Below, in pieces: positions 1-10,700 of a DNA stretch of 39,356 bases. Made by a program: the position numbers and the translations under genes. Source of the stretch: Shigella phage SFP21B; the sequence record OQ031073. One strand, given 5' to 3'. How positions within the stretch are numbered: the first letter of the stretch is position 1; each line of letters starts with the position of its first letter. The notes under the pieces were generated by a model. It was not told the DNA's origin, did not search any database, and saw nothing but the letters and a program-made list of their open reading frames with translations.

Positions 1-1050
1 ATGGCAAACGTTCCGGGTCAGAAAATTGGTGCAGACCAAGGTAAGGGCAAATCTAGTGCAGACCAGCTCGCACTGTTCCTTAAGGTCTTCGCTGGTGAAG
101 TCCTGACAGCTTTCACCCGTCGTTCTGTTACCGCTGACAAGCATATTGTCCGCACCATTCAGAACGGTAAGTCCGCACAGTTCCCGGTAATGGGTCGCAC
201 CTCTGGTGTGTATCTGGCTCCGGGTGAGCGCCTGAGCGATAAGCGTAAGGGCATCAAACACACCGAGAAGGTTATCACCATTGATGGTCTGCTGACCGCT
301 GACGTGATGATTTTCGACATCGAAGACGCTATGAACCACTACGATGTGGCTGGCGAGTATTCCAACCAGTTGGGCGAGGCGCTGGCTATCGCTGCTGATG
401 GCGCTGTACTGGCTGAGATGGCGATTCTGTGTAACCTCCCGGCTGCATCCGACGAGAACATCGCTGGTCTGGGCAAGGCGTCCGTGCTGGAAGTTGGTAC
501 TAAAGCAGACCTGAACACTCCAGCCAAGCTGGGTGAGGCGATTATCGGTCAACTGACCATCGCACGTGCTAAGCTGACTGCCAACTACGTGCCTGCTGGC
601 GACCGCTACTTCTACACCACCCCTGACAACTACTCCGCGATTCTGGCGGCTCTGATGCCTAACGCTGCTAACTACGCTGCGCTGATTGACCCTGAGACGG
701 GCAACATCCGTAACGTAATGGGCTTCGTTGTGGTTGAAGTTCCTCACCTGACTCAGGGCGGTGCTGGTGAAACTCGTGGTGACGATGGCATCTCCATTGC
801 TTCCGGTCAGAAACACGCATTCCCGGCTACCTCCAGCCCTACCGTTAAGGTTGCTCTGGACAACGTTGTGGGCCTGTTCTCTCACCGTTCTGCCGTTGGT
901 ACTGTTAAGCTGCGTGACTTGGCGCTGGAACGTGACCGCGACGTCGATGCTCAGGGCGACCTGATTGTCGGTAAGTACGCTATGGGTCACGGCGGTCTGC
1001 GTCCAGAAGCGGCAGGCGCACTGGTTTTCAAGGCAGCGTCAGCGGGTTAA
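1..1050 (+). CDS. 10A: major capsid protein (gene 10A)
   Basis: 349 aa, collinear with T7 gp10A as remembered (LALFLKVF, KHTEKVITIDGLLTADV, AANYAALIDPE, SAVGTVKLRDLALER, AMGHGGLRPEAAG); strong Shine-Dalgarno (SD) supplied by the window end (AGGAGAATTATCAT|ATG). Confidence 0.97.
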   Translation: MANVPGQKIGADQGKGKSSADQLALFLKVFAGEVLTAFTRRSVTADKHIVRTIQNGKSAQFPVMGRTSGVYLAPGERLSDKRKGIKHTEKVITIDGLLTADVMIFDIEDAMNHYDVAGEYSNQLGEALAIAADGAVLAEMAILCNLPAASDENIAGLGKASVLEVGTKADLNTPAKLGEAIIGQLTIARAKLTANYVPAGDRYFYTTPDNYSAILAALMPNAANYAALIDPETGNIRNVMGFVVVEVPHLTQGGAGETRGDDGISIASGQKHAFPATSSPTVKVALDNVVGLFSHRSAVGTVKLRDLALERDRDVDAQGDLIVGKYAMGHGGLRPEAAGALVFKAASAG

Positions 1051-1313
1051 TGACCTTTAAGGCCCTCTCTACAGAGGGTCCTACCTTAGAGACATACAGT
1101 TCTACGGTGGGAACCAGCTTGAAGGTTGACTTCCCTGAGCTTTCAGACGTGACCGATTGGTCGCTGCTTGAGGTGACTACGCCTGATGGTGTTAGCTACT
1201 CCCGTAGAACCAACAGTCTCTACTTCAAGGCCACCTCTGGCGTGGAAGGTCTGGTGATTGTTGGGTATGACGGTACGCCTGTGCGTTCCTTCAACGTATC
1301 TTTCACAAACTAA
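1..1313 (+). CDS. 10B: minor capsid protein 10B, predicted product of -1 programmed frameshift near 1023-1029 continuing in the -1 frame to TAA at 1311-1313
   Basis: G GTT TTC heptamer at 1023-1029 in the 10A frame, same as the T7 gene 10 slip site; -1 frame open for ~94 codons past it (ORF 1050..1313 is the tail of that frame). Confidence 0.55.
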
Positions 1314-1316
1314 TTG

Positions 1317-1357
1317 AAACCCCTTGGGTGCCTTCGGGTGCTTGAGGGGTTTTTTGC
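1317..1357 (+). terminator. rho-independent / phage RNAP terminator (T-phi-like) after capsid gene
   Basis: AACCCCTTGGGTGCCTTCGGGTGCTTGAGGGGTTTTTTG: GC stem ACCCCT/AGGGGT followed by T6; near-identical in form to T7 T-phi. Confidence 0.85.
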
Positions 1358-1370
1358 TTAAGGAGGGCCT

Positions 1371-1937
1371 ATGGCTCAATACATTCCGCTTAACGCTAAC
1401 GACGACTTGGATGCTGTTAACGATATGCTGGCTGCTATCGGTGAACCAGCAGTCCTACAGCTTGACGAAGGTAACGCAGACGTATCAAACGCACAGCGCA
1501 TCCTGCATCGAGTCAATCGTCAGGTCCAAGCTAAAGGCTGGAACTTTAACATCAACGAGTCTGCCATACTCACACCGGATGTCCAAGACCAAAGGATTCG
1601 ATTCTTACCGTCTTACCTCCGGGTCATGACTGCTGGTGCTACCAGCTACTACAGTAACATGGGTGGCTATCTCTACGACCTCAGTACTCAGTCGACAACC
1701 TTCACTGGGCCGATTACAGTCGAGCTGGTTGAGATGAAGCCGTTCTCAGAGATGCCTGTGGTCTTCCGGGACTACATCGTTACCAAGGCAAGCCGAGAGT
1801 TCAACGCTAAGTTCTTCGGCAGCCCTGAGTCTGAAGCCTATCTGCGCGAGCAGGAATCTGAGCTGTACCAGCAGGTGATGGAGTACGAGATGGACACCGG
1901 GCGCTACAACATGATGTCTGACATTGGTCGAGACTAA
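1371..1937 (+). CDS. 11: tail tubular protein A (gp11)
   Basis: 188 aa; similar to T7 gp11 (AVNDMLAAIGEP, WNFNINE, IVTKASREFNAKFFG, MEYEMD); SD AAGGAGG. Confidence 0.93.
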   Translation: MAQYIPLNANDDLDAVNDMLAAIGEPAVLQLDEGNADVSNAQRILHRVNRQVQAKGWNFNINESAILTPDVQDQRIRFLPSYLRVMTAGATSYYSNMGGYLYDLSTQSTTFTGPITVELVEMKPFSEMPVVFRDYIVTKASREFNAKFFGSPESEAYLREQESELYQQVMEYEMDTGRYNMMSDIGRD

Positions 1938-1948
1938 TAGGAGGTGAT

Positions 1949-4318
1949 ATGCCACTTTACACGCAATCAATCAAGAACCTGAAGGGTGGCATTAGCCAAC
2001 AGCCGGACATCCTGAGGTTCTCTGACCAAGGTGAACAGCAGATTAACGGCTGGTCATCCGAGAGTGACGGGCTTCAGAAGCGACCACCGACCGTCTGGAA
2101 GAAAAGACTTTCAGCCGTGAACTGGGTCATCCCGAACAACGCTAAGTTCCATCTGATTAACAGGGATGAGAACGAGCAGTATTATATCGTCTTCACAGGA
2201 AAGGAAATCATGGTCTTTGACCTTGAGGGTAACCAGTACGCTGTTTCAGGTGTAACGGACTACGTGAACACTTCCAAGCCACGTGACGACATCCGGGTCA
2301 TTACAGTAGCTGACTACACGTTCGTAGTGAATCGGCGCACTGTGGTGGCTCAGGGGACAAATAAGGCAAACCCTACTTACAACATGAAGAACCGCGCTTT
2401 GATTAACCTTCGTGGTGGTCAGTACGGTAGATTGCTGAAGGTAGGAATTAATGGCGGTACAAAGGTTGAGCACCAGCTTCCTCCGGGAGATAACGCCAAA
2501 GATGACCCACCTAAAGTCGACGCTCAGGCTATCGGTAAGGCGTTGGTGGACCTGCTTGTCGTGGCCTATCCGAACTACACGTTCACCCTTGGGTCTGGCT
2601 ACATCGAGATTAAAGCCCCAGCAGGGACCAACATCAACTCGGTGGAGACTGAGGATGGCTATGCCAACCAGCTAATCAATGCGGTACTTGATACTGTGCA
2701 GACCATCAGTAAGCTACCTCTGGCAGCACCTGAAGGCTACATCATCCGTATTCAGGGTGAGACCAACAGCTCAGCCGATGAGTATTTCGTGAAGTATGAC
2801 TCCGCGAAGAAGACTTGGCGCGAGACTGTGGAGCCGGGGACCGTAACTGGTTTCGATGCGTCGACCATGCCACACGCTCTGGTCAGACAGGCAGATGGGA
2901 ACTTTACGTTCCAGACTCTCGATTGGTCTGAGCGGGGAGCAGGGAACGATGAAACCAACCCGATGCCGAGCTTCGTGGACTCTACGATTAACGATGTGTT
3001 CTTCTATCGTAACCGCTTAGGGTTCCTCTCTGGCGAGAACGTCATTATGTCCCGGTCGGCTGGCTACTTTGCGTTCTTCCCTAAAAGCGTGGCGACCCTC
3101 AGTGATGACGACCCGATTGATGTGGCTGTGAGTCACCCTCGAATCTCCATCCTGAAGTATGCCGTGCCGTTCGCTGAACAGCTCCTGCTGTGGTCTGATG
3201 AGGTACAGTTCGTGATGACCAGCTCTGGGGTCCTGACCGCCAAGTCCATTCAGCTTGACGTAGGCTCTGAGTTCGCTGTGAGTGATAACGCTCGACCGTT
3301 CGCTATCGGACGCTCAGTCTTCTTCGCGGCTCCTCGCGGCTCGTTCACCAGCATTAACCGTTACTTTGCGGTGGCCGACGTGACTGACGTGAAGGACGCA
3401 GACGATACGACCGGGCATGTGCTGTCCTACATTCCTAACGGAGTGTTCGACATCCAAGGGTCCTCGACTGAGAACTTCATCACGGTGTCGACTGAAGGTG
3501 CTCCGAACAAGCTGTTCATCTACAAGTTCCTCTTCAAGGATGGCGTACAGCTTCAAGCCTCGTGGTCACACTGGGAGCTGGAGCAGGGCGAGCAGATTAT
3601 AGCCTCAGCCTGTATCGGGTCCGCTATGTACATCGTGCGTAAGCATGGCTATGGCGTGGACTTGGAGAAGCTGGAGTTCATCAAGGAGACTGTGGACATC
3701 GCTGGCGAACCGTACCGTCTACACCTTGATGGCAAAACAACTATGGTCATCCCGACTAACGCATTCAACCCTAACACATACACATCATCCTTCGACGTTG
3801 GTGCGGCTTACGGTGGAGTTTTCCCACCAGCAGGGAAGTACGTCATGGTCGACTCAAGTGGGCGCTTCGTGCAACTGCCGGACACCGTATGGTCCAACAC
3901 TCGGTGGGTGACTGTGAAGGGAGATTGGTCAGGCAAGACAGTGTTCCTCGGTCGCGTCTACAAGTTCACCTACGCCTTCTCTCGGTTCCTCATCAAGTAT
4001 GAAGACCAGAATGGGACGGTAACGGAAGACTCCGGTCGACTACAGCTTCGCCGCGCTTGGGTGAACTATCAGCGTACTGGCGCTCTGGTGATGCGTGTCG
4101 TAAACCAACAGCGTGAGTTTCTGAACACCCTGAACGGCTACAAGCTGGGACTACAGGACATCGGTCAGGTCAACATTGGTGATGGTCAGTTCCGGTTCCC
4201 AATGAACGGTGACGCTCTGCACACTCGGTTAATCCTTGAGTCAGACTATCCGACTCCATTGTCCATCGTTGGTTGCGGCTGGGAGGCTTCATACGCCCGT
4301 AAAGCCAAAGCTATCTAA
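1949..4318 (+). CDS. 12: tail tubular protein B (gp12)
   Basis: 789 aa; T7 gp12-like (QSIKNLKGGISQQPDILR, MPHALVR, INDVFFYRNRLGFLSGEN, RLQLRRAWVNY, IVGCGWE); SD AGGAGGT. Confidence 0.95.
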   Translation: MPLYTQSIKNLKGGISQQPDILRFSDQGEQQINGWSSESDGLQKRPPTVWKKRLSAVNWVIPNNAKFHLINRDENEQYYIVFTGKEIMVFDLEGNQYAVSGVTDYVNTSKPRDDIRVITVADYTFVVNRRTVVAQGTNKANPTYNMKNRALINLRGGQYGRLLKVGINGGTKVEHQLPPGDNAKDDPPKVDAQAIGKALVDLLVVAYPNYTFTLGSGYIEIKAPAGTNINSVETEDGYANQLINAVLDTVQTISKLPLAAPEGYIIRIQGETNSSADEYFVKYDSAKKTWRETVEPGTVTGFDASTMPHALVRQADGNFTFQTLDWSERGAGNDETNPMPSFVDSTINDVFFYRNRLGFLSGENVIMSRSAGYFAFFPKSVATLSDDDPIDVAVSHPRISILKYAVPFAEQLLLWSDEVQFVMTSSGVLTAKSIQLDVGSEFAVSDNARPFAIGRSVFFAAPRGSFTSINRYFAVADVTDVKDADDTTGHVLSYIPNGVFDIQGSSTENFITVSTEGAPNKLFIYKFLFKDGVQLQASWSHWELEQGEQIIASACIGSAMYIVRKHGYGVDLEKLEFIKETVDIAGEPYRLHLDGKTTMVIPTNAFNPNTYTSSFDVGAAYGGVFPPAGKYVMVDSSGRFVQLPDTVWSNTRWVTVKGDWSGKTVFLGRVYKFTYAFSRFLIKYEDQNGTVTEDSGRLQLRRAWVNYQRTGALVMRVVNQQREFLNTLNGYKLGLQDIGQVNIGDGQFRFPMNGDALHTRLILESDYPTPLSIVGCGWEASYARKAKAI

Positions 4319-4342
4319 CTCATTGAATGGCCTATAGAAACT

Positions 4343-4365
4343 ATTACACCCTCACTATAGGGACT
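4343..4365 (+). promoter_or_regulatory. phage RNAP promoter (phi13-like), ATTACACCCTCACTATAGGGACT
   Basis: 23-nt match to the window promoter consensus (core CCTCACTATAGG), flanked by inverted repeat GGCCTATAG/CTATAGGCC. Confidence 0.8.
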
Positions 4366-4393
4366 ATAGGCCCTTTAAGTTATAGGAGACTTT

Positions 4394-4864
4394 ATGTATA
4401 TTCGTAAGGCTACTGAACCTGATGTCCACTACTTATTGTGGCATCTCTCACAAGATGACGTTAAAGAGTGCCGAGCAAACTTCGGGTCGACTAAAGGTCT
4501 GACTGATAGAATGCTTAGCCACCTCACTCCGTCATCTGTGGTTTTGACGAATGGTGTAGGCGAAGTGTTTGCCTATGGCGGGAACCAAGGTGATAACGTG
4601 TGGTTCCTGACTTCAAGTCTTGTCGAAAGGTTAAGACCGAAAGACAAGCGGGAGTTTATTCAGCGTATCTCTGAGTACAGGGACTTAATGTTAGACCAAT
4701 ACGGGACCATCTGGAACTACGTGTGGTCAGGCAATAAGTCTCACATTAGATTCTTGCGGTTGCTGGGCGCTAAGTTTCACCCTGAGGTGACTATCAGTCC
4801 GGTAACAGGTGAGCGTTTTCAATTATTCACAATCTCTAAGGAGGACGTATGTGCGAACCCGTAA
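4394..4864 (+). CDS. internal virion protein A-like (gp13 position)
   Basis: 156 aa ORF with SD TATAGGAGAC; assigned by synteny between gp12 and gp14, sequence not independently recognised. Confidence 0.6.
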   Translation: MYIRKATEPDVHYLLWHLSQDDVKECRANFGSTKGLTDRMLSHLTPSSVVLTNGVGEVFAYGGNQGDNVWFLTSSLVERLRPKDKREFIQRISEYRDLMLDQYGTIWNYVWSGNKSHIRFLRLLGAKFHPEVTISPVTGERFQLFTISKEDVCANP

Positions 4865-5436
4865 GTATCGGCATGGGTATCATGGCTGTAGCCGGGGCCA
4901 CTATGTCCGCATCCCAACAGGCAAAGGCTGAGGGTGCTGCTATTGACGCTCAGAACCGACAGGCTCAGGAGATGATTAAGCAGATGAACTACTCTGACGC
5001 CAACCTGAGGATGCAGGAGCGAGACCTTAAGGAACAGCAGGTCGCTGAACTGACCGAGACGACTCTGAACGGTATTCGTAATCAGGGCATGGTCCGTGCA
5101 GCAGTGGCTGAGTCTGGTCTGGAAGGTAACTCCATGAACCGCATTGAGCGCTCAGTGGAAGGCGACACCGTGAAGGAACGTGCTGGCATCACCGAAAGCT
5201 ACAACCGCGACTATGCGGCTATCTTCGGAAACCGTATTGCCAACATTGAGAACACCAAGTCTGCCATCAAGGGTCAGGCTAAAATCATCAAGACCAGCCC
5301 TCTGGCTCACGCACTTAACGTCACATCTGCTGGTATGCAGGGCTACATGGCTGGCGAGTCTCTCGCTGGGTCCAAGCCGTCAGGCGGTGCAGCTCCAATT
5401 AGTGCCGCTAAAGGCACACCTACAGGTCATAGCTAA
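4849..5436 (+). CDS. 14: internal virion protein B (gp14)
   Basis: 195 aa; matches T7 gp14 pattern (MC start, NRIERSVEGD, ESYNRDYAAIF, APISAAKGT); SD TAAGGAGGA. Confidence 0.88.
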   Translation: MCEPVSIGMGIMAVAGATMSASQQAKAEGAAIDAQNRQAQEMIKQMNYSDANLRMQERDLKEQQVAELTETTLNGIRNQGMVRAAVAESGLEGNSMNRIERSVEGDTVKERAGITESYNRDYAAIFGNRIANIENTKSAIKGQAKIIKTSPLAHALNVTSAGMQGYMAGESLAGSKPSGGAAPISAAKGTPTGHS

Positions 5437-5447
5437 CAGGAGGACCA

Positions 5448-7730
5448 ATGGCTAGTAATATCGAATCAGCTTTAGCTAACCGGACTATGGGCCGTGGTCG
5501 CGCTCCGGGCAAAGCTATCAGTGTAGACTATCAAGCGGCTAACGTTCAGGGGCAGACTGGGGACTCCGGTCTTGCCCGTGCGTTCACCAACTTCGTGGAG
5601 TCCGGCACTGGCCTGTACAAGCAGTTTCAAGAGAAGGCCAAGAACCTTGGGGATGAGCGGTCTAACGAGATTATCCGTAAGCTGACTCCCCAGCAACGGC
5701 GTGAGGCCATCCAGAATGGGACCCTTCTGTATCAGGACGACCCGTATGCGATGGAGGCACTGAAAGTCAAGACTGGTCGCAACGCTGCCTATGCGGTGGA
5801 CGATGAGATTAACGTCAAGATTCAGAACGGTGAGTTCCGCACCCGTCAGGACATGGAGGAGTACCGACACCAGCGACTTCAGGATGCCGCTAAGTCCTAT
5901 GCTGATGAGGCTGGGATTAACCCGAACGATGAGCATTTCCAGCGTGGCTTTAACGCAGACATCACGGACCGCAACGTAGCCATCTATGGGTCGTTCAATA
6001 AGTATTTCTCTAAGCAGTCCGAGAATACCGCTATGCTGAACACCCGTGTCGAGCTGAACTCGTTCCTGAACGATGGGGACCTGATGCGTTCACCTGAGGC
6101 TGGCAAGTCGTTCATGGCCTACCTACGTGATGGACTTACCACTGCCGCCATTCCGTCTGACCAAAGGGCTACCGAAGTCATCTCTCAGACGGTGCGTGAT
6201 GCAATCCAGAAGTCCGGTGGCGCTAACTTCCTCCAGCAGATTCGACAGGAACGCATCACCCTTAACGGGGTGGACGCCACGGTCGAGGAGATTGTGGGAC
6301 CTGAGGTCTTCAATGCTGCCGTGGTTGAGGCTCAAGGCACCGAGTACAAGCTGGTAGCTAAGTATCAGGAAGACTTGTCGCTGGGCGTTCAGTCTGCCCT
6401 GCTTCAGGACGACCCGACCATTGGTCTGGCCCAAATCCAGAAACTCAAGGCTCAAAACAACCAGCTCCAGCCGGGTGAGGAAATGACACCACAGCGTCAG
6501 ATGCTCATTAATGCCGAAGCCAGCCTCTTAGAGTCCGTGAAGCGCAAGTCCGCTGAGCAGGCTAAGGAGAACACTAAGCTCATCCAGACGCAGAACAAGC
6601 AACTGGTCATAGACCAAGTGTATCAGCGACGACTGGCTGGTGACAACGTGTCCACCAACTATGAGGACCTCCCGGTATCCGAGGCCACTGGCGAGTTCAA
6701 GCGTTCGGACATGAACAACTACGCTATGGGTAAACTACAGCAGATTGACCAGATGGACATCCCGCAAGCTGCGAAGGATGCTCAGAAGGTGGCACTGCTG
6801 CGGGCTGACACCAACAATGGACCGTTCCGTAATGCCTTCCAGACGCTGACTCAGGATGCTGCTGGTGAGTGGCAGGCTGCGGTAATCCGTGGTCAATACG
6901 ACCCGGACAAGATGCAGCGCTTCGAGGCTCTGCGTAAGGTCTACACTCAGGACCCTTCCAGCTTCGCGGCTCTATACCCTGACCAAGCCCAATTGTTCAC
7001 GACTTTCGAGCAGATGGACAAGATGGGTCTGGACCCTCAGACTATGATTGACGCTGACAAACAGGCTGCAAGTCAGTCCCGTGAGATGCGCATTGAGTCT
7101 GACAAAGCGTGGCAGGAGCTTAAGAACGACTCGAAGAACAAGGACCTCTCGCGGCTACCGACGAGTCTGGACGCAAGTGCTCGTAAGGTCTGGGACTCAT
7201 GGTACTACCGCACAGGTAACGCCGATGCAGCTACCCAGAACACTCAGAAGTGGCTGAACGAGAACACCGTGACTTTCAGTGATGATGGTCAGGACGGTAA
7301 GTCCATCGGCATGGTGTCCAAGCACCAGCTTATGGTAGGGGATAACCCTGAGTCTTGGCAGGTTGGTCGAGACATTATCGACACAGCCCGCAAGCAGCTC
7401 ATCAAGACTAACCCTTGGGTCGTGAACTCTCAGCTCTCTGTAGTTGAGCAGAACGGCTCGGTCTTCCTGCAAGACGCCACTGGGACCATTCGTATTCGCT
7501 ACGATAAGGAACTGGTTGGTAAACTGTACCGTGAACAGCAGAAACAAGCCGAGGATAAAGCCTACGCTGAAGCTGAACGTAAAGCCAACACCCGCGCTCG
7601 CATTGTCGAGACTAAAGCGGCTGGTGATAAACGTCGAGCGGAGCGTGAAGGTAACATCCAGAAACGCGGCGGTATGTACAGTGATGTCTCGCTGGAGGGT
7701 ATCGCAAACACCTTAATCGGTAAGGAGTAA
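5448..7730 (+). CDS. 15: internal virion protein C (gp15)
   Basis: 760 aa, size and position of T7 gp15; SD AGGAGGA. Confidence 0.88.
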   Translation: MASNIESALANRTMGRGRAPGKAISVDYQAANVQGQTGDSGLARAFTNFVESGTGLYKQFQEKAKNLGDERSNEIIRKLTPQQRREAIQNGTLLYQDDPYAMEALKVKTGRNAAYAVDDEINVKIQNGEFRTRQDMEEYRHQRLQDAAKSYADEAGINPNDEHFQRGFNADITDRNVAIYGSFNKYFSKQSENTAMLNTRVELNSFLNDGDLMRSPEAGKSFMAYLRDGLTTAAIPSDQRATEVISQTVRDAIQKSGGANFLQQIRQERITLNGVDATVEEIVGPEVFNAAVVEAQGTEYKLVAKYQEDLSLGVQSALLQDDPTIGLAQIQKLKAQNNQLQPGEEMTPQRQMLINAEASLLESVKRKSAEQAKENTKLIQTQNKQLVIDQVYQRRLAGDNVSTNYEDLPVSEATGEFKRSDMNNYAMGKLQQIDQMDIPQAAKDAQKVALLRADTNNGPFRNAFQTLTQDAAGEWQAAVIRGQYDPDKMQRFEALRKVYTQDPSSFAALYPDQAQLFTTFEQMDKMGLDPQTMIDADKQAASQSREMRIESDKAWQELKNDSKNKDLSRLPTSLDASARKVWDSWYYRTGNADAATQNTQKWLNENTVTFSDDGQDGKSIGMVSKHQLMVGDNPESWQVGRDIIDTARKQLIKTNPWVVNSQLSVVEQNGSVFLQDATGTIRIRYDKELVGKLYREQQKQAEDKAYAEAERKANTRARIVETKAAGDKRRAEREGNIQKRGGMYSDVSLEGIANTLIGKE

Positions 7731-7735
7731 TAACA

Positions 7736-10700
7736 ATGGCGACTCGTGGTATTCGCAACAATAACATCGGGAACATTCGTGTTTCCAAAGACCAGTGGGA
7801 AGGAGCTACAGGGGACGATGGGTCTTTCGTAACGTTCGACACTCCTGACTCTGGCGTCCGCGCTCTGGCGAAGAACCTGATGTCCTACGGTCGCCAAGGC
7901 TACGACTCAATCGAGAAGATTATCAACCGATGGGCACCACCTAGCGAGAACGACACTCAGTCTTACATCGACTCTGTGGTGGCTGCTACTGGCATCCCGG
8001 CGACCCAAAGTATCGACCTGACGAACCCTGATGTCCTCGCCTCTCTGTCTGAGGCTATCGGCTACCACGAGACTGGTTCCCGGTATGACCCTGAGGTCTA
8101 CAAGCTCGGAGTCTCTCGCGCCTTAAGTGGTGCGGGAGGCATCACCCAAAAGACTCCACCAGTAAGCGCTAACGTCTTCGACGCTCTCACGGAGGGCTTG
8201 AAGGCTAAACCTAAAGTCGCTCTTGGAGAGAACCTTCCGGGCGTTACTGGTATGAACATCGAAGGTCAGGAACCTGAGGCTCCTAACGAGTCTTTCGGAG
8301 AGATGTTCTATAAGTCAACTGGCGAGACGCTGGACCAAAGAGCTGACCGCTCTACATGGTTCGGCTTCGGTGGAGCTGCTGAGGCTGAAGTGAAGAACTC
8401 TCTGGTTGGCGTGGCTGTCCGCGCTGGTCAGACTGAGGACTCACTCGATGTCATTGGCGATGTGTTTAACCCTACCCGCTGGAATAACCACAAGTGGTCC
8501 CGCGAGGAGTTAGACCAGATTCGTAACGCTGGGGTACTTCCTCAGTATTACGGAGTCATCACTGGTGGTTCGCCTCAGAATCTGACCGAGCTGATTAACT
8601 TGGCGCTGGAGAACCAGAAGTTAGACGCTGAGAAGGCTAAGGCCGGGACTGGCGCTCAACTGGCGGCTGGTGTGATTGGTGCTGGCGTGGACCCACTGAC
8701 CTATGTTCCTATTGCCGGACAGGTAGGTAAAGGAGGGAAGCTGGTCAACAAGATGTTCACCGTGGCTGCTCAGTCTGGTGCGTTGGCTGGCGCGTCTGAG
8801 ATTGCTCGTACCTCTGTTGCTGGTGGTGATGCTCACGTTGCCGAGGCAATTATGGGCGGTGCTCTCTTCGGTGGTGGCATGACTGCTATCGGGGACGCTC
8901 TTGGCAAGGTTCTTGGAAAGTCGACCAATGAGTTCGCTGGTCCAGCTACACGTCTTGAGGCACGTGAGACTGCTCGCAACGTTGATGGTCAGGACCTGTC
9001 GCGTCTACCAATCCGTGAAGGAGAGGAGACCTTCAGTCACCAAGGCGTTAAGTTTGCTGACGTTCCTAACGAGCAGGGAAGTGTGCGACTGGAAGATGGT
9101 TCAATCCTTATTGGCGAGAACCCGCTGAACCCTAAGACACGTCAAGTCTTCGACGAGGTGATTGAGCCTGAACGTGCGGCTGCTGGTATCAACCTTGGAG
9201 GTCTAACCGAGATTGGACTGAAGCTCCTGAGGTCTGAGAACCCTGAGATTCGCGGACTTGCCGCTGACTTGGTGCGCTCGCCTACAGGTATGCAGTCAGG
9301 TGCGAGCGGGAAGATTGGGACTACAGCGTCAGACGTGTTCGAGCGACTTCGTGCAGTGGACCATCGGTTCTACAACGACATCGACGATGCGGTGACTGAG
9401 GCCCTGAAGGACCCGTACTTCCAGACCAACTTCAACCGTGACACTGGTGCTTTCCGTCAGGACATCTACCAGCGTGTAGCTCTGGCTATCGAGGACGGAA
9501 GTGGGAACCTGAAGTCTGAGCTGACTCCGGGAGAACTGAAGGTCTACGACCTGCTGAAGAACCAGTTCGACGCCAAGCGTGAGATGATGGAGAACCCTGC
9601 GATGTTCGGTCGGGTGGACGCTAAGTCTATCTTCCCCGGCAGCCGCTTCAAGGGGACATACGTTCCTCACGTTTACAGCAACCAGATGAAGGAGCTGTAC
9701 ATCAAGGAGCTTGGAAGCCCTGAGGCGCTGCAAGAAGCAATCAAGAAGTCGTGGCTCACGAGCTATGCGTCAAGACCTGAGGTCAAAGCGCGGGTGGACG
9801 AGGCCCTGATGGAAGCTGACCCTAATCTGACTCCAGAAGGACTTGCGGCTGCGGTCGATAAGTACGCCAACGATAAGGCTTATGGTATCTCTCACACCGA
9901 CCTCTTCGAGCGCTCGTCTGTCATGGAAGAGAACATCAACGGTCTGGTGGGTCTGGAGAACAACAACTTCCTTGAGGCTCGCAACCTGTTCGATAGCGAT
10001 ATGTCTATCATCCTGCCAAACGGTCAGCCGTTCAGTGTGAACAGTCTCCGCGAGTGGGACATGGATAAGATTGTCCCGGCGTACAACCGTCGAGTCAATG
10101 GCGACATTGCTATCATGGCTGGGACCGGGAAGACCACGAAGGAGATGAAGGACGCAGTAGAGACCCTGATGAACCGTGCGGGTGATGACGGTAAACTGAA
10201 GGGTGAAGTCTCAACACTGCGTGACACCCTGAAGATTCTGACTGGTCGTGCTCGACGTGATGGTGCAGACGATGCCGCCTTCTCTACTGTGATGCGTACC
10301 ATGACCGACCTGTCCTTCTTCGCCAAGAACGCCTATATGGGCGTACAGAACTTGACGGAGATTGGCGGTATGCTGGCACGTGGTAACGTCCGTGCGATGC
10401 TGCATGGCATTCCTATCTTCCGTGACCTCGCCTTCCGTAGTAAGAAGATGGGAGCCTCGGAGATTAAGGAACTTCACAACGTTGTCTTCGGTAAGGAGCT
10501 TGACGACTCAATCCGTCCGTCCAAACAGGATGTCATCGACCGCCTGCGAGCGTACAGCGACCTGAGTAAGCCTGTCGCCACCGCTTTAGGTTCTGCCAAG
10601 TATTACACTGGGGAACTTGCGGTCCGCTCTCCGTTTACGAAGGTCCTGAACGGCACGACGAACTACCTGCTGGATGCTGGACGTCAGGGCTTCTTGTCTG

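Noticed and set aside
5180-5455. 91-aa alternative-frame ORF inside gene 14
   Set aside because: Same strand but off-frame within a well-supported gene; Ser/Leu/Arg-rich off-frame composition
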